64,000 bases of DNA from Chrysomallon squamiferum (GCA_012295275.1 CM022667.1:4030001-4094000); one strand, 5' to 3'. Shown: positions 14,921-28,276, counted from the first letter of the stretch. The notes: generated by a model not told the origin, from the sequence alone. Program-made: numbers and translations.

Positions 14921-15209
14921 CACTCACTGGTTTTCAACCTTTTTTATACCACGACCCCTTATCATAAGGCTTATGAGCAACTCAATATGATCGATGATCC
15001 CCCTTTAAAATTTTTGATTCACTAATATCTAGGGTTACCATATTTTCATCAACCAAAGATGGTACAATATGAATCTGTATTCACTATGACGGGTCCCAAA
15101 CCTATGTCTACACGTTTTTATTTATTCCTCCTTCAAAGTCAAGTTGAAAAAAGCTAAAACATACCCTCGCTCAAGAACGATCTCGCGACCCCCAGGTTGA
15201 AAACCAATG
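14921..15209. mobile_element. hAT-type MITE
   Basis: TIRs CACTGGTTTTCAACCT (14925-14940) and AGGTTGAAAACCAATG (15194-15209); near-perfect 8-bp TSD ctttacat/ctttacac if a duplicated CACT at 14921 is counted as element; ends resemble CAGTGGTTCTCAACC-type hAT termini. Confidence 0.7.
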
Positions 15210-15655
15210 CTTTACACGAAACTATTAATGTTATCTCATTTTGTTTTAATTTTTCAGATTAATAGAGAAAATACTAACACAACATATAACTTGTGGAAAA
15301 ACAAAATTCATATAAAAACCATTCGTTATTTACACTGATTCAAATTAAATTAAACAGTTTTAATTTTAAAAACAGATCGATTACTTAACTGATACTAAAT
15401 GTGGGCGAATCAATAGTCAGTACATTTTTTGTCAGAAGCAATAAATAACAGGAAATAGAATGCTTTGATTAGATATTCTAAACGACAAGTTATGGTTTTA
15501 ACAATTCAGTCATATTTACCAGCCAGTCTACTAGAAATAATTTTTTTTTTTTAACTTAGAAAGATAACAGGACTAAAGAAAAATTATTTTATTTTATAAT
15601 ATATCAGTTTGAGGCACAAGCTCTGTTGCACGTAATTGAATAAAACAAGTTAAAA

Positions 15656-15686
<31 letters not shown>

Positions 15687-17432
15687 TATCAATAAATAAA
15701 AACAAAATAATAATTAAAAAAAATACAAATAATAATAATAATAAAATATATATAAATTACACATATATTTGAATACTTTTACAATGCTTGTACTGAAAAG
15801 AATAATAAACACAGGTGTGACTGCTGTAAACATATTTGTTTTATTATTTCAGGTAGCTAGTGGGATGTTTCCTCTGTAAGATAAATTACAAAGAAATGCA
15901 TTTGTTACTCACTATTAGACTCGTAAATTTTTTTATTTAATTTTTTTAAAATTTTTATTTGTTGCAACATATATTGTAACTTCCATTAAACAAGTATGAT
16001 ACCATTTATCCAGTACACAGAAGAAAAAAAACCTATCTATTTCTGAAAGTGGTTGCTTTTACATTAGACACGTTTTATTTTTTAATTTTCACGACACCAA
16101 TTCTAGTGAGAATATTGCTATGGAAAGCTGATCCTCTTGTAACACATTATTAGTTTTTTCAGGTTAGCTCTGTTTTTATTTATTATCAAGTCTGAAAAAA
16201 TCTGTAGAAACACAACTTGCCAGTGAGCAGTGAATTCTATTCAGGTATTTGAATAATTTTTAAGTGAACTAATAACAATGAAACAGATAATTTTTTGGAA
16301 GTGTAATATCAATATTAATCTGTATCTCTTAAACCCAGGTTCACTGTTTATTTTTCATTGTTTATTCAATAATTTAATTTAAAAATTGGCCTGTGCACAG
16401 AAATCTGACCAAGACTGATTAAGCTTAATGATAATGTATTAAAAACCTTTGTAGTTTAACAGCAGAGTAGATATCAATAACTTACTGTCAGGGCAGACCT
16501 GTGTAGCTTAACAGTAGAATATTTGTCAATAACCTACTGGCAGAGGATTTTGTAACAGTCTGTAACAGAGCAGTTATTTGCATCTGATTGTTAACAACAC
16601 AAACAGCTTAGAGATGAAATATGCATCTTAGAGATAGACAATTTACAAACAGCTTAGTGATAAAATATGTAGCATAGTGTTAGAACATTCATCTGCTAAA
16701 ATATACAGAATAGTGATAGATCATTTTTTGCCAGCTTAATGATAAAATATACAGTTTAGTGACAGATCATTTACACGAATCTTAGTGATGATATACAGCA
16801 CAGGAACAGACCACTTCAATGGCTGTTAGGATCAGTTGTATGGTTTGTTTCACTGTAACAAAAGAAAAGTTTGAGAATGAACCCAGGAGATCCTCTTCTT
16901 AATTATCAACAAAGCATTTTCTTCTTCTTCTTCAAAAAACAATTTCACCCTGACTGGAAATATACACAACATACTATAAATCTGTCACCGAGCACTAGTT
17001 TGGAATGGGAAATTGTCCCAGACATATATCAGGGATAACAGATCCCGAGTCTAACAAAGCGAGAAACAGCCCAGACAGTAATATTTTCTAATAAAAAATG
17101 TCAGACCTGTTTTTCTTTCAGACTCGTGGTTTGGTAGGGTTACATTAGTGTAAGTATTTACCTATTTATGTTCAGTGGTCACACCTCACAGATTAAGTAT
17201 AAATATTTAATTTGTCATGGTTCACTGGCGTGTTAATGTTACTCAGATTAAAACAACAAAGACAGAGTTTCCTAGAAACAAAGTCTTCTGTTTCAAACAG
17301 TAGTTTGTTACTGTATTCTATAGTAGTTCTGACCACGTTAATAGTTTTTTCATTGTCCTATTTGCCCTATTTACTATCATGGGCACAGTTAGAATGGGAA
17401 AAAACTCAACTGTTGTACAAAAGTAACTGGGT

Positions 17433-17885
17433 CTAGTTTACAGTATAATCATAACTAGTGTACAATGTAATCTGTTCAAGTGTACAATATAATTGGGATC
17501 AGTCCTGATTACATTGTACACTAAACCCGATTACAATGAACACTAGTCTTGATTACACTGTACACTAGTCTTGATTACACTGTACACTAGTCCTGATTAT
17601 ATTGTACACTAGTCCTGATTATATTATGCACTAGTCCTGATTACATTATGCACTAGTCTTGATTATATTGTACACTGTCTGGTCTATGATTATACTGTAC
17701 ACTGTCTGGACTATATTACACTGTACACTAGGCCTGATTACATTGTACACTGGTCCTGACTATATTGTACATTGGTCCTGATTACATTGTACACTGGTCC
17801 TGATTATATTGTACACTGGTCTTGATTACATTGTACACTGTCAGGACTATATTAGATTGTATACTAGTCCTGATTTTTTGTACAC
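17433..17885. repeat. 22-bp minisatellite with an inverted arm (fold-back)
   Basis: Unit 'tagtcctgattacattgtacac', about 16 copies from 17500; 17433-17497 carries the reverse-complement unit. Confidence 0.85.
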
Positions 17886-18611
17886 TAAATGTCAGGTTGT
17901 AATGTGCTCACTGTAGAAGACAAACACACACAAACACATACAAACACATATGTACTTTAGTTAATACTGAATCAAAAACAGCTTTAGTCTTTCATATAAA
18001 CATCTCTTCTTTATTTAAACAAATAATGAAAAACACAGTTATTAGATATTAATCAATTTAGGTCATATTTTGTTTTAATTATTATCATTGTTATTATTTT
18101 ATCAACAAACTCATATTTTCTGTTACTTATTATGATTTTAATTTCAAACAGAATTAAAAATTGGTTGTGTCAAATATAAGATAATCAATATTCATCTGTT
18201 TTTCTGTATCCATAAAAAAACATTCTTGAATAACAACTGGGGGGGGGAAAAAAAAAACATATTCACAATTTATGTTCAAGTTCACAAAGCAAATATAATA
18301 TTTTTTGTTAATGTGAAAAAAATAAAAATAAAAATAAATAAGAAAATAAACAACCCTTTTTATTACACCAACATGAATCATTATAACATTTTTATTACAA
18401 ACAAGTTTGTACACACATCTGCTAAACAAATATTTCTTCCCTTTTATTACGCACAAGTGCATTAAAACACATGAATGAAATAATATTTTATTTAAATGAT
18501 GATGCTCATTTTGTTTTTGTTTATATATTTATCAGGTGTTTTTTTTTTTTTAAATTTTAAATTATAATGGTGAAGGTAGCATGGATTCATATACAAAGAC
18601 CGATATAGAAA

Positions 18612-18655
<44 letters not shown>

Positions 18656-20155
18656 TTATATACACCCACAATTACATTATGTAGACATACATACAAACAG
18701 AAAAGCACATGCATATAGAAAACACACATTATATGTATTACTGTCACAAACACAGTATATATTGTATGTATTACTGTCACAATACATGTATGTAACAAAA
18801 TATACAGAGAATAAAACAGACACATAAACACACAACAAAATGCAGCATATTGTTTACCAAATAGACATTAAAGCATTTAACTAGAACAGTGAATGGTATA
18901 CAACAAAACCTTCACAAAATAAAACAATAACAATAACAATAATAATAATAATAATGCAGTTATTTTAAAAGATTAAATAAATAAATAATAATAATAATCA
19001 TTATTATTGTTGTTCTTGTTGTTATTGTTATTATTATTGTTGTTACTATTTTATTATTATTATTTATTTATTTATTTATTTAATTTTACTTTATTTTATT
19101 TTATTCTTTTTTCTTTCTTTCTTAAATAAACATAAGTAAATAAAAAGATAATATTTTTAACGAAAATACTTCAAAAACAAATTGTATTTTAATTTTTTTT
19201 TGGAGAAGTGTTTTCTTTGCAGGTTGTTATGTTGACGTCTGCACCTGTTGAATGTTGTACAAATGTCGCTGACAGTTAACTGGGGAAGCTGTAACCAGGT
19301 TACAGGCTGTAACAACAGTTCTGTCTGTGACATGATAAGCTGTAACATGTATCGGTTACACAGGATACTGTTTTAAGATAACAAAGTGAAGACAATAGGA
19401 CTGAGTGAAACAGATACAACAACATTTGTTTGTCATCAACATTCAAGTTTTTGAACATCTATGACAAATCAGGTTTATTTAACACGGTGTAGTAAAATTA
19501 ATACCATCTGCTAAGGAAAAAAAAAGAAAAAAAAAAGGAACAAACTTTAAATAAACCACCAAGTAATGTTTTATAATGAGTGAACGGTTCATAGGATGAA
19601 TTATTTTCACTGCTCCTGTGGTCTAATTTCCAAATCTGACCTATTTACCAACTCATTGCTGAAAGAGTAATTTTAAAAATAATTTTCATTTTACTGTTAA
19701 TGGTTTTTACTAGGCATCACCAATAAGCTACTTTTTATGCAGCGATAGAAGTAATTACATAAACAGAACATTCACTGCCTCCACACATGTGGTATTCTTT
19801 TTTCATTGGCAGCAAGGATTCTTAACATGGGAAGCTTTCAACATGCAGGATAACACATACCACAGACTTTGTTAAAACAAACAGGAGAGAGTAGTTGGAA
19901 TGGTAAATTAATTAATGATGAAAAAATAAAACATCGTGATACTTGCTGTCCTATTTCAGAGACTGAGAAATGATCCCTTGTTAAGTATCAGTACGTGTAT
20001 ATGGCGTTGTATGATGATTGATTTTCTACTTATCTGGCTTAGAAAACAGTAAATATGTTCTTTATAATCAACAATATATATTTTAAACAAGGGAACTCAG
20101 TATGAATAAAATATTTTTATACAAATAGGTATACACACATCCACAGAGAAACACA

Positions 20156-20246
<91 letters not shown>

Positions 20247-20339
20247 AATCTATTTACTGACTTACTCCTTCTGTTTTATTATCAATGGACCAGATTTACC
20301 ACTTTATTTTTGAAAAATTTACATCTGACCTAGACTGTA

Positions 20340-20525
20340 CTAATTCTTTTTACTCAGTCTCTTTTTAATTATGTTCTCACTGAGTTCCCACAGACTTGTG
20401 GCAAGTCTACTGTCATGAGTGGCATCAGATGGCTTACAGCGGCAGCAGTTGTTGAAGTACATGCCACCCAACCCCTCCAGCTGCAGTGATGTGGCACAGT
20501 ACACACTTGTTGCTGCCCCTTGTTG
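20340..20525 (-). CDS. WWOX: WWOX last exon ([11 protein letters not shown]...KRLSKKN*)
   Basis: 186 nt, TAG at 20342-20340. Confidence 0.93.
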   Translation of the reverse strand, partial: QQGAATSVYCATSLQLEGLGGMYFNNCCRCKPSDATHDSRLATSLWELSENIIKKRLSKKN

Positions 20526-21349
20526 CTACGGAAAAAAAAAATAAATAAATCAATCAATAAATCAATAAATCAATAAATATATTAAAAAAATAATAATAAT
20601 AATAAAAAAATAATAATAATAAAAAAAAAAATAATATAAAATAAAATAAAATAAAATAAAATAAAATAAAATAAAATATAAAGAAATAAATAAATAAACA
20701 GCAAAACAACAATAATACATAAATATATAAATAGAATCGCTGGAAATAATTCGTATTAAATCTTCTCTGCATTTAATGTAATTATTCAACAGTATTTTAA
20801 TAGCTACAGGCTAAATAAATATGTGTGTGTGTGTGTGTGTTGATCCTGTATACCATCATCTGCTGAAGATGAGCTCAAACAGATAAACACTGTAAGCAGA
20901 GTTTTGAAAATAAACAACATAAAACACACAAAAACCAAATACGTTTTATCTTAAAGTGAATAACAAGGGAAAGTGCATGGTTCTGATGAACAACAAAGAC
21001 TGAGAGGTTGCACCAGATGTTTACTGAAAGCTATGTATTTACATAGATTTATAATTATCACTGTAAAAACCTAACAATCAGTCTTCATTTTCATTAAATT
21101 CCAGGAGATATTAATTGAGTGCCTTTGCTATCCCTTTTTTCATAATCATCATAACGACTATCATTTTGATTTAAATAATAATTAATTATAATTAACTGAC
21201 GAAAATTATCATGAAGATTATCTGAAAACAACAACAGAACTTTACAATGTGACAAATACAAATGTATATAATATGTAGAACAATATATCTGTGTAATTTA
21301 AAAAAATAATTTTCAAATGGGCAAATATATATGAATATATATGAATATA

Positions 21350-21398
<49 letters not shown>

Positions 21399-23351
21399 AA
21401 TAAACAAATACTGATTTACAGAGAGATAGAAAGAGAAACTGAGAGATAATCAGAGAGAGAGAGAGAAAAAGAGAGAGCAAGACAGACAGAAAGAAAGAAT
21501 CAGATAAAGATCGAAGAACCAACAAAAAAAATGAGCAACAAATCCACAGACAGAAAAACAACAAAAAAACAGGAAAGAGAGACAGATACAGAACAACAGA
21601 CACAGATAAACAAACAAACAGAAAACCCCCAACACACACACACACACACACACAACACAACATTTTAAATGATTTTCCAACTGACCATTGACTTGGTGAA
21701 TGGCCTGACAGCAGCAAACAGCAGACGATACACCCACCAGTGTCTGCTCAGACTGGAACTCATGACGTTGCCAGGATGCAGGGAGTTGGAGGTGACGCCG
21801 CGTGTCAGCAGGCGGTTGTTGAGCTCGTTGGAGAAGAGGATGTTGCACAGCTTTGACTGGTTGTATGCCTTCATGTCGCTGTACTTGTTGGGAGGAGGGC
21901 TGAGCTTGTTTTGGTTGACGTTGTTCACGTTCAAGTCGGAAAATCTGAAGTAATAGATTGTTTTTCCATTAGTTGTGATGCAGGGATTGAAATACTTGTT
22001 AACAATGTCTCTGAATATTTTGTTTAAAATAATGCATGGTTAAATATATTTACATATATATGTATATTTGATCTGTACTATGTGTTTGGGTGTATGTTCA
22101 TGCATTCTTGTTCATATATTATTAAATTATATATAGTTATTAAATAGAACTGTAAGTATGGTTATATTTAATTGTAAATATGATAACTAAATATAATTAT
22201 ATATAATTGTAAATATGATAACTAAATATAATTATATATAATTGTAAATATGATAACTGTAAATATAATAACTGTACATTATATGTAACTGTACATTATC
22301 TATAACTGGAAATATAACTGTGCATTATATATAGCTGTACATTATATATATAGCTGAACGTTATATAAAGAAATTAGTTATGATTACCTTGTTTGTTTGT
22401 GTGTGTGTGTGTGTAAAATCGTCAACTATGAGGATCTACAACTTTAATAAAGGAGCTTCAGACTTAGAACGTTTGTAGTATTGTAACAGATAATAATACA
22501 AACTGTACATTCATTATAAATACAACTGGACACTGGTCATTCCACACACCTGTGTGACTCACTGGACACAACCACCACCCTGGCAGGTGCTGATTGCAGC
22601 AGCAGATCTTCAAAGAGGCTGGTCAGGTAGAAATGTGACAGGTGATTCACCTGGAATGTCATCTCAACATTGTCTTCAGTCAGAGTGTAGGGCAGTCCGA
22701 ACACACCCGCATTCAGAATCAGTATATGCAGAGGCCTGAATACATTTTAATAATAACAATAATAATAATAATAATAAAAAAGTTTGAATTTTTCAATGAT
22801 TTTTCTTATTCTAAATGGGTTAAGCTTTATTAATACTCTCAGAAGATTGTTTTAAACTTTTATTAAATTTCTTTAATCGTAACAGCTTATGACAAAACAA
22901 TATCAGAAAAAAATGCTAATAGTCTATAGCATCTATTTCAAGAGCTGTAAAAACACTCACCAATTCAACTTCTTGTATTCTTCGACAAATGTTTCCACTG
23001 AATGAAGACTCGAAAGATCAAGATGGATGATGTGTACGACAGCTTGCTTGTGCTCAGTTACGATTTTCTGACGACACGATTCTGCTGACTGCAAATTGCG
23101 ACATGCCAGTGTCACTGTGGCTCCATGCAAGGCAAGGGATCTGGCAGTTTCATAGCCTGAGCGTAATAATAATAATAATAATGATAATAATAATAATACT
23201 GATAATAATAATAATATCCATCTTCTGTTCGTTTACAACAACTTTGTAAAAACTTTGTATCTTCAAATAATTATATTAAAACTAACAATAATTATGATTT
23301 TTAATTTTAATTCATTTTATATACATAATTATATATTTATGTAATAAAGCA

Positions 23352-23390
<39 letters not shown>

Positions 23391-23846
23391 AAATGATGTG
23401 TATATGTATGTGTACACACTCACACACAATTGATACACATATATATTCGTACGTCTGAGACAAACTGGCTCACATTAGCTTATTCTGAAATTAATTTTCT
23501 CTAATAAAATAAAATACTGGTAACAAGATGGTAAAACTACCTCAATATCATCACATTAACGGTTTTTAGAAACAGACAAATAAATCAAACAAACACATTA
23601 CAGCATTTACCGATTCCCGAGTTGGCGCCCGTAACTATGACGTATTTTCCAGAAAGGTCTCGACCTTGTAGTACGTGCATAGCTGTGCTGCTCCCATCAA
23701 ATTTTTGTTTAAAACAATTCGTCTCTTCTTTGATCACCTCAGCGAACGCCAGTCGCGGGTCAGTGTACGTCGTTTTCTCGTTGATGTGGCTGCACAATAA
23801 ACATTTACAAATGTTTGATTCACAGTTTGAATTTGAAACTGCCACT

Positions 23847-23878
<32 letters not shown>

Positions 23879-24416
23879 GATAGGGTTATCTGTATTTTTA
23901 AAATGTTTTTAAATGTTTAGGGGGTTTTGTGTATTTGTGTGTGTGTGTGTGTGGGTGGGTGTGGGTGTGTGTCTGTGTAGGCACATAAAATAAAATAAAG
24001 GACATTTAATACACCAGATCAGTTTGATAGATAAAATAATTCATTGAAATGCACTATTGAACTATGTTTGCAATATATAAAAAAAAAAAAACCTATTGAA
24101 ACTAGACATAAAAAAGCAGTGATTTATATTAGAAAGATAAATAATTAAAATTAAAACTGAAATGTATATTTTTGTGTGTATGTATTCAATGGCCTTCACA
24201 GTTTGAATTACTTTTATTGTGACTATTGATGGGAGATAATCAATTCTTTTAATTTTATTATTTTGTTTTTCAGAATGTCCAAGGAAGGAATAAAATTTGA
24301 CACAAAAATAAAGGTTTTGTAATTATGTAAGGGAGATAATCCACGTTTTCAACTTATTTTTATTTATTTATATTTTTAATTTTTATATATATATATATAT
24401 ATATATATTTTTATTA

Positions 24417-24447
<31 letters not shown>

Positions 24448-25708
24448 CTTCTTGTTTTTTTCTTGCTTTTTTTTATTTTTATCATTACTACAGACAGACT
24501 TAAGATAAAATAATATTCAAATTTTAATAAGAGTATTCTTCAAAGATAAAAGTACACCAAGTTAACAATCACAAGGCAGACTTCACACACGAAATTATAA
24601 TTATTATAATTATCCACTCACTCAATATAAACAATGTTTCCATCTTCCATTACTTTTCTTTCCCAGCCATAGGGTAATTCTGCAAAAATAACAAAAAATA
24701 CCCCACATTTATAATAATTAATGTAACTAAAATATTTGTTATAATTATTTAATTTAGTAGATTAGCCATAAAAAAAATAAATATAATGTTGTTTTTTTTC
24801 CCACATTTTTCTTTATGGTAAATTCTATAATAAAATTAAATAAATGCTTTAGTATGAAATGTACAATTAAACATATAAAACAGTAAAAAAATCTATATTT
24901 ATTTATAACATTTGCTATATGCTTAGTAATTAGATAGATTAATATTTGAAAAGAAGATAGTAGTCAATAACAGCAATAAAATAAAACTAGACATACCATT
25001 TAAGATTATTTAAAAAAAAAAAAAAAAAAAAATTAAAATTAAAATGATATACAATATGTTAACTGTAAAAAATATTATATATTATCAGTTATTTTTATTA
25101 TTTTTATTTATTTATTTCTTTTTTTTTTTTTTTAGTTACTTCTTTTTCATTTAGTTACCTCCTGTAACTTGTTTTTTCTTGCCAGTAGATGGGTGTACCC
25201 ACTGAGTAGCTTTGGTTTCATGACTGAATATAAATTATATATATATAATATAATAATATATAAACTATTAGACACATAAATTATAAACAGCAGTAATCTG
25301 AATGAAGATTTTAAATAACTATATAAAAATATTATGAGATTTAATGTATTATCCATAATTAATTAAACCAAAAAAAAAAAAAAAAATAAAAAATAAAAAA
25401 TAAAAGAATCAAAACAGTATTTTACAATTTATTTAAATAGAACCTGTGTCACTGTTATAATAATAAAAATAGTCTGAAATAGTAGATAAGTTTAAAGTTG
25501 TTGAAAAAGGAACACACGTACACACTTTTTAGTATATTAATTTAATAATTATTCTATTATACTTCTAAAATTTAAGTTTTATAGATTAAAAGACATCAAC
25601 ATACTTTGCATAAAATACTTTTCCTTCTACAGTAACTCTTTCTTCCCAGCCTGGTGGAAGTTCATCTTCACTATCTGTATCTAATATTTCAGATGCAGTT
25701 AAAGCCAT
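20340..25708 (-). CDS. WWOX: WW domain-containing oxidoreductase, 8 coding exons, 410 aa
   Basis: Exons (-): 25708-25605, 25223-25159, 24679-24622, 23789-23611, 23156-22961, 22735-22550, 21944-21686, 20525-20340. All introns are GT-AG with compatible phases; total 1233 nt. Protein has [15 protein letters not shown], two WW domains, GKKKQV NLS-like linker, TGANSGIG cofactor motif, YNQSK catalytic motif and C-terminal [22 protein letters not shown]. Confidence 0.96.
21686..21944 (-). CDS. WWOX: WWOX exon 7 (FSDLN...YNQSK...RPFTKSM)
   Basis: 259 nt, catalytic YxxxK and HPGN motif. Confidence 0.94.
22550..22735 (-). CDS. WWOX: WWOX exon 6 ([16 protein letters not shown]...VVSSESHR)
   Basis: 186 nt, NAG and FQVNHL motifs. 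Confidence 0.93.
22961..23156 (-). CDS. WWOX: WWOX exon 5 ([12 protein letters not shown]...EEYKKLNW)
   Basis: 196 nt, SDR domain, AG/GT flanks. Confidence 0.93.
23611..23789 (-). CDS. WWOX: WWOX exon 4 ([15 protein letters not shown]...TGANSGIG)
   Basis: 179 nt, end of WW2 plus SDR glycine motif. Confidence 0.94.
24622..24679 (-). CDS. WWOX: WWOX exon 3 ([19 protein letters not shown])
   Basis: 58 nt, AG/GT flanks, WW2. Confidence 0.92.
25159..25223 (-). CDS. WWOX: WWOX exon 2 ([21 protein letters not shown])
   Basis: 65 nt, AG/GT flanks, end of WW1. Confidence 0.92.
25605..25708 (-). CDS. WWOX: WWOX exon 1 ([35 protein letters not shown])
   Basis: ATG at 25708, donor GTATGT; start of WW1. 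Confidence 0.92.
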
Positions 25709-25888
25709 AACGTTACTAATTTATTTTGTTAGAAAGCAGTAATAGCAAATGGAAAATAGTCACCATAGACTGGATTAGTGTTATATATTAAAAACAAGAA
25801 GCTAAAAATGCGTATAAAATAACGTGCACAGTGAAAAAACCCAGACTATTTAATAAATATGATAAAACACGCTCAGCGTATCATCAAC

Positions 25889-25960
25889 GGTCCCATGGTG
25901 TAATGGTTAGCACTCTGGACTTTGAATCCAGCGATCCGAGTTCAAATCTCGGTGGGACCT
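25889..25960 (+). tRNA. tRNA-Gln (anticodon TTG)
   Basis: GGTCCCA..TGGGACC acceptor stem, A box TGGTGTAATGG, anticodon arm CTGGA-CTTTGAA-TCCAG, B box GAGTTCAAATC, followed by an oligo-T Pol III terminator. Confidence 0.97.
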
Positions 25961-26157
25961 GTTTTTTAAAACGATTTTTTTTTTTTATATTTCGCAGATA
26001 TTACTTTCATTAAGCTTGTTATTATTTTTAATATCATCAGTTTTATTTTAAAAATACTGTTACTTATTTATTTATTTATTATCATTATTTCCCCTCCCCC
26101 GCAACCAGTTAATTAAACTAATAATATTTTATAATATTTTTCTTTAAACGGGCTCAA

Positions 26158-26229
26158 TATTCTGTGGTGTAGTGGTTCGATTTCTTTGCTTTGAATTCGA
26201 AGATATGAGTTCAAATCTCAATGGGGTAT
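26158..26229 (+). pseudogene. Degenerate tRNA-Gln(TTG) copy
   Basis: Keeps TGGTGTAGTGG (A box), CTTTGAA loop and GAGTTCAAATCTC (B box), but the stems are broken. Confidence 0.7.
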
Positions 26230-26884
26230 TTTAAAAAATTATTATTAGTTATTAACTTTTGATTTCCAATATTATTTAAAACATAAATTATACATTTATT
26301 CTTCGTTACCTTTTGTGTGTGTGTCTGTGTGTATATAACAAAAGAGACAGACATATATAACTACATTTGTATTTTATAAATCAGTATTTACAATGGTCAT
26401 GGTTACAAAATATTTAAATAAGGTATGGTTATTGTCATTAACACTGTGTTAGACCCAGATGATATTCGGTCGTGTTAAGGAAGTAATTTCAAATTACATT
26501 TCAGCCGACATCAGTCAACTGTAACAGACGAGTCGTTTGATCACGTGCGCAACAGTCAGTCTAGACAGACACATTTATAATTAGCAACGTCGACAGGTAA
26601 TGTGTTAACAAAAAACACGAAAGTGGGCAAACTTGTCATGCTTAGCTTTAAAGAGCCTGTAATAATTCATTCTAATAAATAGTGTTTCTAAAACTGTTAC
26701 GTTTTTACCGCACACAGATATATATCAAAACAAATTTAAAAAGAACTAAAATAAAAACAATATGAAAAAAAAAAAAAAAGGAAAATCTTACAGACTATGC
26801 ATTTAAAAAAAATCCCCCGTTTTAACCTGTTCAATAGTATTTCTTCTTATCATTGGTTCTTCTTATTATTATTGTTACTGCTCT

Positions 26885-27024
<140 letters not shown>

Positions 27025-27663
27025 GTAAAACCAAACAAACGTAAAATTATTCTTTCTCTTTTGACAAACATTTATTATCAAAAAGAACAACGACAAAACT
27101 CTCATTACCATGAAACGTTCAAATGGATACAGAAACAGAATTATGTATAACTGCCAGATCGCCACCTATTTTTCTAGTATTATTGAATGTAACGTTCCTT
27201 CATACTTTATGCCAATTCTCTTTCACACAAACTAAGCGTAGCTGCAATCCGATTGGTCGATTCTCCAAGAAGCGTTACAAGCTGGGTGCTCGGTTGCACA
27301 CTGAATGTCACGGTCGATATTAATGGCGTACAAACAAAACTGTAGCAGAACTGTTTGCGTCCACGATACTGTTTGCAGCAGATAAGAGGCAAGGTAATTT
27401 ATCTTCACTGGACGAGTAGATGTATAGTTATCGTCTGCATGACCTTGATTACTTGGGGAATCACTGAGTTCATTTATTTAACAATAGTCGTGCATATTTA
27501 CATACAGAGATAATCATAACGTATTTCAGTATTATCCAAATTATGATACGAAGTTTTGTTTATCTCCATTTAGGAAATTATTACAGCAATATGATTATAT
27601 GGTTTTATCTTTATCTGTTTCATGACACAAACAGTTAAACTTTTAATTATATTTATCTTTCAA

Positions 27664-27734
<71 letters not shown>

Positions 27735-28003
27735 GCAAAATGACAGTCATTTCTCTCCGATAGCTACAATTATTTTGAAACAATTACCGACTTACAATAT
27801 ATATATATATTAGTGTATATTCCACTGGATAGGAAATCACATGTCATCGTCATTTCATAATTTAGTTGTGGAGCATTGACTAGACTGGGAATTAGCGGAA
27901 CATCAACACAACAGAGACACATAGGTTTAAAATCTGGATATGTTTATTAAAACGTAACGATCAAGCTTAATAACCTCAATCATTACAGTTAAAACAACAA
28001 TTA

Positions 28004-28059
<56 letters not shown>

Positions 28060-28200
28060 GTAGACGTAGTAGGAGTAGTGGTAGTAGTAGTTATAATAGC
28101 AATCATCATCATCAACATGGTTATAAGATAATAGATCGTTAACTCCATAATCTTGTTTAAAATAAACTGAACTTTAACAATTTCTTAAAATATAGCTGAA

Positions 28201-28276
<76 letters not shown>

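Noticed and set aside
19760-19915. Degenerate SINE-like dispersed repeat (similar pieces near 8950, 16880, 29050, 31215)
   Set aside because: Too diverged to delimit or classify by eye; not reported as a feature.
2630-20330. Many 60-125 aa ORFs in the Maf-WWOX spacer and other introns
   Set aside because: Low-complexity translations of (CA)n, (CT)n, (ATT)n and poly-T tracts with no domain or splice support.
25831-26013. 60-aa ORF
   Set aside because: It is a translation across the tRNA-Gln gene.
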